In this document: positions 9,690 to 19,681 of the stretch, piece by piece
Layout of the letters: every line of letters begins with the position of its first letter
How positions within the stretch are numbered: position 1 is the stretch's first letter
From: Alphaproteobacteria bacterium
Lineage (GTDB): Bacteria; Pseudomonadota; Alphaproteobacteria; GCA-2731375
Assembly (NCBI GenBank): GCA_965225945.1
Contig: CBDDBZ010000037.1
Location: 288,001 to 352,000, forward strand
Reading direction: 5' to 3'
Length of the DNA stretch: 64,000 bases
Position numbers and translations under genes: made by a program
The notes under the pieces: model-generated
The model's database searches: none
Told to the model about the DNA's origin: nothing
What the model saw: only the letters and a program-made list of their open reading frames with translations

Positions 9690-9725
9690 TCGCCCCGCGC
9701 CGGGGTATACCCCGGCGCGGGGCGA
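9690..9725. repeat. Perfect 36-bp palindrome inside the IS256 left end (second copy at 17597-17632)
   Basis: TCGCCCCGCGCCGGGGTA|TACCCCGGCGCGGGGCGA. Confidence 0.95.
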
Positions 9726-9777
9726 TCCGTCATTTTGGTTATCCATGAAAGCGTCCAAACAAACATGGAGAACCAGT

Positions 9778-10956
9778 ATGCGGAAAGACCAGGATAGCGC
9801 TGTCGAGGCTTTGGTGGAACAATTGATCGAAGGCGGTAGCGAGAACATGGCGACGGTCTTCGCCGGCCTTTTCAATCTCGCCATGCGGATCGAGCGGGAG
9901 AGGTTCTTGGGCGCCGGCCACTATGAGCGCACGCCCGAGCGGCGGGGATACGCCAACGGCACCAGACCCAAGAAGATCGACACCCCGGCCGGTACGGTGA
10001 GGCTCGAGGTTCCCAAGACCGCCGGTCATGAGGCGCCTTTTTACCCCCAAGCCCTGGAGCGCGGACGGCGCTCCTGCCGCGCTGTCATGCTGGCCGTGGC
10101 GGAGATGTATATCAAAGGCGTCTCCACCCGTGACGCCGAGGCGGTGATGCGCGAGTTCGGCCTGGAGAGCCTGTCGTCGAGCCAGGTCAGCCGCGCCGCC
10201 AAGCTCTTGGATGGGGAGCTGGATGGCTGGCGCAACCGGCCGCTGGGCGAGATCCGCTACCTGCTCCTCGACGCGCGCTATGAGAAAGTCCGAGAGGGTG
10301 GCGTGGTGCGCGACGCCGCCGTGCTCTCGGTGATCGGCATCGGCCCCGACCAGCGCCGCCGGGTGCTCGGTGTTTCCTGTGCGCTCTCCGAGGCCGAAGT
10401 GCACTGGCGCGCCTTCCTGGAGACCCTGGTTGCCCGTGGCATGCGCGGTGTCGCCTATATCGTTTCCGATGATCATCCAGGCCTCGGCGCCGCGCGCAAG
10501 GCCGTCCTCGGCGGCGCCGTCTGGCAGCGCTGTCAGTACCATCTGGCTCAAAACGCCATCCATCACGCCCCCAACCTCGCCATCCGAAAGGCCATCGGCA
10601 AGGAGCTGCGCCGGGTCTGGAATGCCGCCGACGGCAAGGCCGCCGAGGCCGAGCTGGGCCACCTGGTGGCGGCCTACCGCGATAGCGCCCCCAAGCTCGC
10701 CGATTGGCTGGAGGCGGCGATCCCCGAGGGCCTCGCCGTCTTCGCCCTGCCCGAGCGCCACCAAAAGCGCATGCGAACCTCGAACCCCATGGAGCGATCC
10801 ATCCAGCAGGAGATCAAGCGCCGCACCGTAAAGGTCAGGGTCTTTCCCAACGAGGCCTCGCTCGAACGCCTGGTCACCGTCATCCTCGTCGAAATCGACG
10901 AGAAATGGGAAACCACCGAAAAACCCTACATCACTTGGAAAGCAGAGGATGACTGA
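9778..10956 (+). CDS. IS256 transposase
   Basis: YLLLDARYEKVR, IVSDDHPGL, WQRCQYH, RTSNPMER. Confidence 0.95.
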   Translation: MRKDQDSAVEALVEQLIEGGSENMATVFAGLFNLAMRIERERFLGAGHYERTPERRGYANGTRPKKIDTPAGTVRLEVPKTAGHEAPFYPQALERGRRSCRAVMLAVAEMYIKGVSTRDAEAVMREFGLESLSSSQVSRAAKLLDGELDGWRNRPLGEIRYLLLDARYEKVREGGVVRDAAVLSVIGIGPDQRRRVLGVSCALSEAEVHWRAFLETLVARGMRGVAYIVSDDHPGLGAARKAVLGGAVWQRCQYHLAQNAIHHAPNLAIRKAIGKELRRVWNAADGKAAEAELGHLVAAYRDSAPKLADWLEAAIPEGLAVFALPERHQKRMRTSNPMERSIQQEIKRRTVKVRVFPNEASLERLVTVILVEIDEKWETTEKPYITWKAEDD

Positions 10957-11182
10957 TCAACGGCGTTCCGAATTTCCACACATCAGGTTGCTCAATCTAC
11001 GGCCTGAGTATGACAAGGCGGTCGCCTGCCTGGCCAAGGACCGAGATCGCGGTCCTGCCGGTTCGAATTCTCGAAGCTGCAGGTATCATGTCTTGGGAGA
11101 CCCCAGGGGTCGACACGTTGCTTACTAAACGCTTATTACGACACCATGCAAGTCGCCTCGGATCATCTAACCCATTGATTTA

Positions 11183-12205
11183 GGCTCAATTCGTGAATTG
11201 TATGCGTCACCTTGTTACGGCGGCGGCGAGGCAGGCTCGGTCATTGGCGCCGGGGGCGAGGCCGACGAGGTGGAACCAGCTCAGGTAGTTGTCCAGATAG
11301 CGGGTGGCGATGCCGCGGCGGGGACGCAGGAAGTCCTTCAACCGGCTGTGGCGGGTTCACCGTCTGCACATGCAGATCGCCCCGAACCCGTTCCCCCATC
11401 GAGCGGTTGAGTGCTTCGTGGCTCACCCCGAGCGCGGCGGCGCACGGTGGGTAGCTCGCGCCGCCGTCGGAGACCAGCAGGGCGTCCTTCGCGACCACCG
11501 GGTCGAGGGCAGCCGTGAGCGCCGCCGCATCGACCCTGGGCAGCACCGCGCTGACCGTCGTTCCGCTCCGGTCCGCCGCCATGAGAACCGGGACCTGCTC
11601 GCGCGAGAGGCCGCGCTTCTTCGCCTTGCCGCCCCGCCGCCGTGCCTTGCGCCCCAGCCCGCGCGCGCCCTTCCGGCTCTCCAGGACGTAGGTCTCGTCC
11701 GCTTCCACGATCCCCTTGAGCACCTCCGAATCGCTCCGCGCCGCCGCCAGAAACCGGTGACGCCAGCGGAACGCCGTGCTCACCGCCACGTCGCAGCGCG
11801 CCGCCGAGGCCTTCACCGTCTCCCCCTTCGCCAGCGACGCCCCGAACGACAGCCAGCGTTCCTTGTGGTGCAAGCCCGACAGCGGCGTACCGCTCAGCGC
11901 GTTGAAGGTCCTGCCGCAGCCCTTGCACTGGTAGCGCCGCAGACCCCGCGCCATACCGCGCGAAACCGCCCCTTCGCTCGCGCAGTGCGGACAGCGCCGG
12001 GCCTCGTCCACACCAAGCTCGATCGCGGCCTTCGATGCCTCGCCCTCGCTCCGGCCCGACAGCACCGCGAGCGCCTCGCGCCGCTGCGCGCGCGTCAGCC
12101 CGCGCGCCGCCGAAAGCCACACCTGGAAACCCTTGCCGTCCATAACCCAACCTCCTGACGTTCCAGGCACTCTATCACTAATGCATACAATTCACGAATT
12201 GAGCC
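11183..12205 (-). mobile_element. IS1595-family element; transposase (start ~12143) frameshifted near its C-terminus
   Basis: 23-bp perfect IR GGCTCAATTCGTGAATTGTATGC; 8-bp TSD TTGATTTA; CPHC/CKGC zinc ribbon, VEADETY, LVSDG; frame shifts after HVQTVN. Confidence 0.93.
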
Positions 12206-12215
12206 TTGATTTAAA

Positions 12216-12259
12216 TGGTAGCGGGGGAGGGACTTGAACCCCCGACACGCGGATTACGA
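12216..12259 (-). other. 3' half of a tRNA, probably tRNA-Met; integrase att site, not a complete tRNA
   Basis: TCGTAATCCGCGTGTCGGGGGTTCAAGTCCCTCCCCCGCTACCA has a T-arm and CCA but no D-arm; lies 70 bp from the integrase. Confidence 0.85.
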
Positions 12260-12330
12260 CGCTGCGACAATCTCCTTCTAAACCGCAGTTTTCTGCGAAT
12301 TACAACGTGTCATGTCGCAAATTAGGCCCT

Positions 12331-13491
12331 CTATGTCGCAAAGAGCTTGCCGGCGATGTTGCTGGCCCGCGTCGTCTCCCGCGTCTGCTGGTCTTCGTCC
12401 TTGAACAGGTGGCCGTAGAGGTCGTAGGTCATCGCGATGTTGGCGTGGCCCATCTCGGCCATGACTTCCTTCGGATTCGCGTCCTGGGCGATCAGCATCG
12501 AGGCGTGGAAGTGGCGCAGCGCGTGGAACTTCATCGGCGGCAGGCCGCAGGCCCGCAGGATCGGCTTCCAGGCCCGACTATGGATGTTCGCCATGTTCTC
12601 GACGTTGCCGCTCCGGTTCGGGAATACGAGATCGCCCTTCGGACATTCGAGCTTCCAGGCCCGCAGCATCGAAACCAACTGCGCCGGAATTGCGATGGTG
12701 CGGTGAGCGGATTCCGACTTTGGGTCGCCAATGATGCCGTTCTCGTCGGCCCGCTGGTCGACCTCAATGCGCTGGCCGTCGAGATCGACGCGCGACCAAT
12801 AGAGCCCGCGAAGCTCGCTCGCCCTCATGCCGGTGAGCGCGGCCGTGGCAATGAACGCCCGATACCGACGCCAGCGCTTCGCTTGGTGCTGGACGGATGT
12901 CGCTGATAGCTCGTCGAGCTTGGCGAAGACGGCCTGCATATCGGCCGGCGCCGGGATCTCGACCTTCTGTTGTGCTCGCTTGTCGGCGCCGATCTTGACG
13001 GCCTTCCCCACGTTCTGCGCCACAAGCCCGCGCGCTTGCGCCTCGTTGAGGATGCTCTTGAAGCTGGACAGCACCTTGCGCGCCATCGGCCGGGACAGTT
13101 TTCCGAGAAGCTCGTCGCGGAACGTGCCGACGGCGGGCGCGGTCAGCTTGTTGAGCTTCACGCTGCCGACACGCGGAACGATGTGATGGTCGATGTGGCT
13201 CCGGTAGCTACGAAGCGTATGCGGCTCGACCGGCGGGCGACCGTCACGGCCCAGACGGCAAGCCTCGTACCAGACCTCGGCGGCTTCTCCGACGGTGACG
13301 GTTTCGCTGTCGGGTGTGTGCGTCCCCGCCTTCACCTCGGACTCGGCGTCCCGAAGCCAGCCCCTCGCCTCGTTCTTGAGCCCGAAGGTCTTGATATGGC
13401 GATCGCCCTTGCCGTCGCGATAATCCGCGACCCATGCCGTTTTCGTCTCGCCGCCGCTGGTGGTCCAGGTGCGTTTGCGTATGCTCGACAT
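12331..13491 (-). CDS. Tyrosine recombinase/phage integrase
   Basis: TGMRASE, FHALRH, MGH...DLYGH catalytic residues; N-terminal arm-binding domain; GGAGG RBS. Confidence 0.95.
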   Translation of the reverse strand: MSSIRKRTWTTSGGETKTAWVADYRDGKGDRHIKTFGLKNEARGWLRDAESEVKAGTHTPDSETVTVGEAAEVWYEACRLGRDGRPPVEPHTLRSYRSHIDHHIVPRVGSVKLNKLTAPAVGTFRDELLGKLSRPMARKVLSSFKSILNEAQARGLVAQNVGKAVKIGADKRAQQKVEIPAPADMQAVFAKLDELSATSVQHQAKRWRRYRAFIATAALTGMRASELRGLYWSRVDLDGQRIEVDQRADENGIIGDPKSESAHRTIAIPAQLVSMLRAWKLECPKGDLVFPNRSGNVENMANIHSRAWKPILRACGLPPMKFHALRHFHASMLIAQDANPKEVMAEMGHANIAMTYDLYGHLFKDEDQQTRETTRASNIAGKLFAT

Positions 13492-13849
13492 ATCCGTTTC
13501 CCTCCGGTTGGCTACGGGTAACTACGATATGTCGCAAACAGTCCGCAGGTCAAGACGCCGGTCGGGATATTGTCTGGCCAGACGGTTCCGGGATGGCCGT
13601 TTCCCGCGCCAGGGAGGCCGCTGGACGGCGATACCGGGCGTTCGGGTAGGGCCCCCCCGTTCGGGTAGGCCCCCCCCGTCGCCCCCGCCACGCTCACGGC
13701 GTGTCCGGCTTTAGCGGGCGCCGTGAAGTGCCTACACTGGCGATGCGCGACGAGAGGGGGCGCCAGACCCCACATCGCGCGGCTCCCGCCGTCGGTCCAG
13801 CAGGCTCCGGCGGCGGGGGTTCTCGACGTCATCTCAACTCGGCTTGACC

Positions 13850-13963
13850 GAACCGTCGCCCCGCGCGCGGGGCCCTCCCGTGGACTACGTGGACAAGCTC
13901 CCCAGCCGTCCGTGGTGGATTTTTACGACGCCCAAGTGGCGCATTTTGACTCCGCCGTTGACA
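13850..13963 (+). mobile_element. Orphan terminal remnant of another IS21-like element
   Basis: GTGGACTACGTGGACAAG, then GTGGATTTTTAC...GTGGCGCATTTTGACTCCGCCGTTGACA ending in the IS21-type ACA. Confidence 0.5.
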
Positions 13964-14287
13964 CGCTGTGGGCAATCTGTGGGTCTTTGTGCCCCATAAG
14001 GCGCTCCAGGAGAGGCGACACAAGACTGCGGAACCGTCGGGAGGACGCGCGTCTGATGGGATTGGTGAAGAAGGTCGAGCCAATTGTCAATCGGCGTTGA
14101 ACATTGACCCCCTATCGGCGTGCAATGTTGACCCCTTTGGGGATGCACGGCGGAGGTCGTACAGGTAGTCCATAGGAGGGGCCCGCGCGCGGGCCGACGC
14201 GCCCACCACGCGGCTGGCGGCGGACCGCGCGTGGGAGGTTCCTGTGGGCCCACCTGGGCGACCGGGCGGCAGGTGGATCGGTTGCCT

Positions 14288-15016
14288 TTAGGACCGATTC
14301 TTGAAGCGCCAGGAGTCGTTTCCGGTCTCGATGATCTCGCAGTGGTGCGTCAGACGATCGAGGAGCGCGGTGGTCATCTTGGCGTCGCCGAAGACGGACG
14401 GCCATTCGCCGAAGGTCAGGTTGGTGGTGACGATGATCGAGGTGCGCTCGTAGAGCCGGCTGACGAGGTGGAACAGCAGCTGGCCTCCGGTTTGGGCGAA
14501 GGGCAGGTAGCCGAGCTCGTCGAGGATGACGAGGTCGCGCCGGGCCAGCTGATCGGCGAGCCGGCCCTGGCGGCCGGCGCGGGCTTCGGCCTCGAGCCGG
14601 TTGACCAGGTCGACGACGTTGAAGAAGCGGCCCCGGGCGCCATCGCGGATGCAGGCCCGCGCGATGGCGACGGCGAGATGGCTCTTGCCGGTGCCGGTGC
14701 CGCCGATCAGCACGGCGTTGCGCTGGTTGGCCAGGAAGCCGCCGACCGCCAACTCGCGGACCAGCGGCTCGTTGACCGGGGTGTCGGTGAAGTCGAAGTC
14801 GGCCAGCTCCTTGGCCAGCGGCAGCTTGGCGCCACTCATCTGGTACTTGATGGATCGCGCCTGCTTGTCGGCGATCTCGGCCTTCAACAGCTCGCCGATG
14901 ATTCGCTGCATCGGATGCTGGCGCTTGAGGCCGTCGGCGAGCACCTCGTCGAACGCGTCGCGCATGCCGGCGAGCTTGAGTGCGGCCATCATCTCCAGGA
15001 CCTCATGGCGCTCCAT
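14288..15016 (-). CDS. istB: IS21 helper ATPase IstB
   Basis: [30 protein letters not shown]. Confidence 0.95.
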   Translation of the reverse strand: MERHEVLEMMAALKLAGMRDAFDEVLADGLKRQHPMQRIIGELLKAEIADKQARSIKYQMSGAKLPLAKELADFDFTDTPVNEPLVRELAVGGFLANQRNAVLIGGTGTGKSHLAVAIARACIRDGARGRFFNVVDLVNRLEAEARAGRQGRLADQLARRDLVILDELGYLPFAQTGGQLLFHLVSRLYERTSIIVTTNLTFGEWPSVFGDAKMTTALLDRLTHHCEIIETGNDSWRFKNRS

Positions 15017-16462
15017 GGCCGACCCCCCTCAAGCGGTCGTAGCGGGTGCAATCGGCCACCGGCTCAAAGCGAAGACGCAGGTTCGCGGGCGTCGGGATCG
15101 GCGCCGTCTCGGACGGCTGGCGCCGACGATTGAGGATGTTGAGCACGACGTCGGCGCTGCACACGCCGCCAGCGAGCGCCTCGGCACAGGCGGCCTCCAC
15201 CGCCGCCAGCCCATCCGCCAGCACGGCGGTGAGGATCTCGACCATCTGCCTGTCGCCGTCGTCGTGGCCGGCGAGCCGGACGCGCACGCGACCCAGGGCG
15301 CCGGGCAGCGCCCAGTCCTTGAACGGCGCGCCGTTACGAAGCGCACCGGGCTTCCTCGCCAGCACGGGCACGTAGTGCCACGGGTCATAGACGGTCTGGT
15401 CGCGGCCGAAGCGCCGGGCATGCTCGGCGACGATCTCGCCGTCCTGGCGGATGACGATGCGATCGGCGTAGGCATGGACCTCGACCGGACGGCCGACGGC
15501 GCGCGCCGCCACGCTGTACTTGTTGCTGTCGAAGCGCACCAGGCAGGTCTTCGACACCGACGCCGGGACCGCGTGGAAGCCGTCGAACGGCCCGCGATAG
15601 CCGACCAGGGACGGACGCTCGTCCTCGAACACCTGCCAGACAGTCCTGTCCTTGAACACCGGGTGGGGATGACGCCGGGCGTAGGCGACGCACTGGTCCA
15701 AGAGCCAGGCGTTGAGCTCGTCGTAGGTCTTGAAGCGCAGCCGCGGGGTGAAGAACCGACCGCGGATGATCCCGACCTGGTTCTCGACCTGCCCCTTCTC
15801 CCATCCCGCTCCCGGCGTGCATGCTGTCGGTTCGACCAGGTAGTGGCCACACATCTGCACGAAGCGCCGGTTGAACGCGCGCTCCTTGCCGATGAGGACG
15901 GTCTGCACCGCCGTCTTCATGTTGTCGTAGATGCCTCGCCGGCAGGCACCCTGGAACAGCCGGAATGCCCGGTCGTGGGCGTCGAACACCATCTCCTGGC
16001 TCTCGCGCGGATAAGCGCGGACGAAGAACATTCGGCTGTGGCACAGCCGGACGTGCGCGACCTTGACCTTGGTCGTCACCCCCGCCAGCACCACGTACTC
16101 GTGGCTCCAGTCGAACTGATAGGCCTCGCCCGGCGAGAACACCAACGGCACATAGGTCTGCGCCGTCGATGCCGAACGGCGCCACCGCCACGCCTTGGCG
16201 TAGCGCCGCACCGCGTCGTAGCCGCCGCCATAGCCCAGACCCTCGAGGGCTTCGGAGATCCGTAGCAGCGTCAGCCGCTCCCGCTTCGACTTGGTCTCGT
16301 TGGCCTCCAGCATCCGCTCCAGCTCGGCCATCCACGGCCCCAGCTTCGGCATCGGCTGGACCCGCCGGTCGTAGGTGAACGCCGTCGCCTGCGAACGGAT
16401 CACCTTGCGCACCGTGTTGCCCGAGACCTTCACGTCCCGCACGATCTCCTTGATCGGCTTCC
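15003..16462 (-). pseudogene. istA: IS21 transposase IstA lacking about the first 18 codons
   Basis: Matches 49753-51264 apart from the missing N-terminus. Confidence 0.88.
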
Positions 16463-17665
16463 GAGGCCTCGTTGGGAAAGACCCTGACCTTTACGGTGCG
16501 GCGCTTGATCTCCTGCTGGATGGATCGCTCCATGGGGTTCGAGGTTCGCATGCGCTTTTGGTGGCGCTCGGGCAGGGCGAAGACGGCGAGGCCCTCGGGG
16601 ATCGCCGTCTCCAGCCAATCGGCGAGCTTGGGGGCGCTGTCGCGGTAGGCCGCCACCAGATGGCCCAGCTCGGCCTCGGCGGCCTTGCCGTCGGCGGCGT
16701 TCCAGACCCGGCGCAGCTCCTTGCCGATGGCCTTTCGGATGGCGAGGTTGGGGGCGTGATGGATGGCGTTTTGAGCCAGATGGTACTGACAGCGCTGCCA
16801 GACGGCGCCGCCGAGGACGGCCTTGCGCGCGGCGCCGAGGCCTGGATGATCATCGGAAACGATATAGGCGACACCGCGCATGCCACGGGCAACCAGGGTC
16901 TCCAGGAAGGCGCGCCAGTGCACTTCGGCCTCGGAGAGCGCACAGGAAACACCGAGCACCCGGCGGCGCTGGTCGGGGCCGATGCCGATCACCGAGAGCA
17001 CGGCGGCGTCGCGCACCACGCCACCCTCTCGGACTTTCTCATAGCGCGCGTCGAGGAGCAGGTAGCGGATCTCGCCCAGCGGCCGGTTGCGCCAGGCATC
17101 CAGCTCCCCATCCAAGAGCTTGGCGGCGCGGCTGACCTGGCTCGACGACAGGCTCTCCAGGCCGAACTCGCGCATCACCGCCTCGGCGTCACGGGTGGAG
17201 ACGCCTTTGATATACATCTCCGCCACGGCCAGCATGACAGCGCGGCAGGAGCGCCGTCCGCGCTCCAGGGCTTGGGGGTAAAAAGGCGCCTCATGACCGG
17301 CGGTCTTGGGAACCTCGAGCCTCACCGTACCGGCCGGGGTGTCGATCTTCTTGGGTCTGGTGCCGTTGGCGTATCCCCGCCGCTCGGGCGTGCGCTCATA
17401 GTGGCCGGCGCCCAAGAACCTCTCCCGCTCGATCCGCATGGCGAGATTGAAAAGGCCGGCGAAGACCGTCGCCATGTTCTCGCTACCGCCTTCGATCAAT
17501 TGTTCCACCAAAGCCTCGACAGCGCTATCCTGGTCTTTCCGCATACTGGTTCTCCATGTTTGTTTGGACGCTTTCATGGATAACCAAAATGACGGATCGC
17601 CCCGCGCCGGGGTATACCCCGGCGCGGGGCGAAGCCAAATTTCCAGACCTCACGCTACACAAGCC
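16462..17665 (-). mobile_element. IS256 copy 2, 3'-truncated
   Basis: Near-identical to 9658-10860; breaks off at FPNEAS. Confidence 0.92.
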
Positions 17666-18538
17666 TTGGCTCGGCTGTTCTACACGTACTGGAACAGCTA
17701 CGACTGGATGTTCTACGCGTACTGGAACAACATCGACTGGACCGAAGACGAGCCGGGGGTCGTTTACGTGCTTCTCGTCCTGGTCGTGATCCCATTGCTT
17801 TCCGTCCTCGCGCTGTACGGCCTCCTCAGCTTCTGGGTCGGCGCCGGGGTCGCGGCACATCAGGAATCGCTAAGAGAGGTCATCGTTGCCGCCGTCTGCC
17901 GGTTCTTCGACGGCCTCAAGTACACGCGCGTTCCGGGCGCGCGCTTTGATCACAAGCGGTTCTTCAAACTCGGTGTCGTTCCCGGGGGCTCTGAGGTGCC
18001 GCTCAAGGACATGTTCATCGGCCGCCATCGCGACACCGCGTTCAGGATGGTCGACGCCGAGGTCACGCAGGTTGACGATAAGCACACACACACCGTTTTC
18101 GACGGGCGGCTGATCGAGATCGACATCCCCGCAGAGGTCTCGGGGCGCGTGCTCATCGGCGACAAGGAAAAGATCGACAAGGTGCTAAAGGGCTTATTCT
18201 TCAGCAAGTGGACGCGCGTCCAGTTCGATCACCCCGACTTCGAGGACCGCTACGCCGTCTACGCGAGCGATGCCGACGAGGCGCGGCGCTTGGTCAGTCC
18301 AGGGTTCTGCGACAACATGTTAACTCTCGCCGACGCCTACGGCACACTCGGCGCCGCCGTTGTCGACGGCGTGTTCCTGCTCGCCGTCCCGGTCCCCGGC
18401 GACCTGTTCGAGCCGGGCTCGATCAATCGCTCGGTCTACGACTGTGAAGGCAATATTCACGAGTTTCTCAAACAGCTCACGATCGCCCACCGCTTTATCG
18501 ACTGCTTGCACGGCGACCGCCCCGAACGACCGGCTTAA
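17666..18538 (+). pseudogene. DUF3137-like membrane protein, 5'-truncated by IS256
   Basis: TM segment, then TVFDGRLIEI, HPDFEDRYAVYASDADEARRLVSPGF, GDLFEPGS; no start codon outside the IS. Confidence 0.65.
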
Positions 18539-18824
18539 GCTCACCGTATAGGTGGCCAAGGAAGAGGGCTGCCAACGGCGCCACGAGAGCCAGCACGATA
18601 TAAACGATGAAGTTGCTGATGGTGACACGGCTGGTGCTCTCACTCATTCCAGCTTCGACCAGAACGATCGGGGCTGCGAGCGATCCTCGATCTGGCTGCG
18701 TGTTACCACTCGCCAAGGAAGTATACCCCGTTAGGATTTTTCCCCGACGAGCTTATGTTTTAAAGGGGTTTTGTGAAGTCACGAAAACCACCGTTTTTGC
18801 GCGCCTACCGGGACGGGAACATCG

Positions 18825-19583
18825 TCACTCTACGTCAAAAATCCCATCAAGAATCTTGACCAAGATCCCGGCCGCGATAAGAAGGGCGATCACCCAAGGG
18901 GTAGAGCCGGCAGGCTGTCCGGACTCGGAGCCGGGTAGCTGCGCCGTCGGGACCGGCTTGGGATTGACGACCTCAATAATACTTTTGCTTCTTTCGCGCG
19001 CAGCGCTGGTCGGTAACCAACGCCAGACCCGGAGCGGAGTGACGATGTTCTTCAATTCGTGGGCGCCGTCGTCAGCAAATGAGACATCCAGTTTGTCATG
19101 AACTTGGCCGCGCACGATATCGGAGATGGCAATGCCGCCCGGCTCCGCGATTTCCTGCATCCCCGCAGCGACGTTCACGCCGTCGCCGTAAATGTCGTCG
19201 CCATCGACGATGACCTCGCCGATGTTGATTCCGACGCGAAGCAGCATCCGGCGATCATCGGGTAGAGTGGCGTTACGACGAAGCAGGGGTAGAGCGGTGT
19301 CTCGATCGACCATGCCGGACTGAACGGCGACACTGGCTTCCACTGCCGCGACGGCGCTCGCGAACTCCACCAGAATACTATCGCCTGCGCCACCGACCAC
19401 TCGACCGCCCAACCGTTCTATCGTTGGAGTCCATAGCTCTTCTATCGTTGGAGTCCATAGTTCGCGACGAAGCATCTTCATGGCCGCGAGTGTGCCGGTT
19501 TCGCCCTCCCCCATGAAACGCGAATATCTGACCATGTCGGCGGATACGATCGCCGCCAATCTTCGTCGTGGACGTGACGACAT
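18825..19583 (-). CDS. Class III adenylate/guanylate cyclase-domain protein with a C-terminal TM; catalytically degenerate
   Basis: SADMVRYSR, GDS, RVGINIGEV, DIYGDGVNVAAG; hydrophobic tail WVIALLIAAGILVKIL. Confidence 0.85.
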   Translation of the reverse strand: MSSRPRRRLAAIVSADMVRYSRFMGEGETGTLAAMKMLRRELWTPTIEELWTPTIERLGGRVVGGAGDSILVEFASAVAAVEASVAVQSGMVDRDTALPLLRRNATLPDDRRMLLRVGINIGEVIVDGDDIYGDGVNVAAGMQEIAEPGGIAISDIVRGQVHDKLDVSFADDGAHELKNIVTPLRVWRWLPTSAARERSKSIIEVVNPKPVPTAQLPGSESGQPAGSTPWVIALLIAAGILVKILDGIFDVE

Positions 19584-19681
19584 GGTTCAAGTCTACCGGA
19601 ACTCGCGAGCAGTAGGAACAGCAATCTCAGTTCTTCGAGACGCGTGAATGCATTAGGGACAGCTAAACGGCAACTCTTGGC

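Larger units (their letters stand above)
9658..10997 (+). mobile_element. Intact IS256-family element
   Basis: Imperfect ~30-bp terminal IRs; TSD TACGGCCT(G) at 9649-9657 and 10998-11006. Confidence 0.93.
9612..11048 (+). pseudogene. Short remnant of a different IS256 transposase, split by the IS256 insertion
   Basis: DAAFDFFIQAYGL before the insertion and YDKAVACLAKDRD after it. Confidence 0.55.
14085..16462 (-). mobile_element. IS21 copy 1 (left end deleted, fused to IS256)
   Basis: Near-identical to 49638-52182; right IR starts TGTCAATCGGCG at 14085. Confidence 0.93.

Noticed and set aside
12216-12259. Functional tRNA gene
   Set aside because: Only the 3' half is present, with no D-arm or 5' acceptor strand; treated as an att site
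13641-13679. Tandem TTCGGGTAGG-C-run repeat as iterons
   Set aside because: Only two units and no replication gene nearby
15385-17577. 730-aa novel transposase
   Set aside because: Truncated IS256 reading into an alternative frame of istA across a deletion junction
18495-18716. Small hydrophobic ORF
   Set aside because: Overlaps the DUF3137-like 3' end and has no clear RBS or family motif
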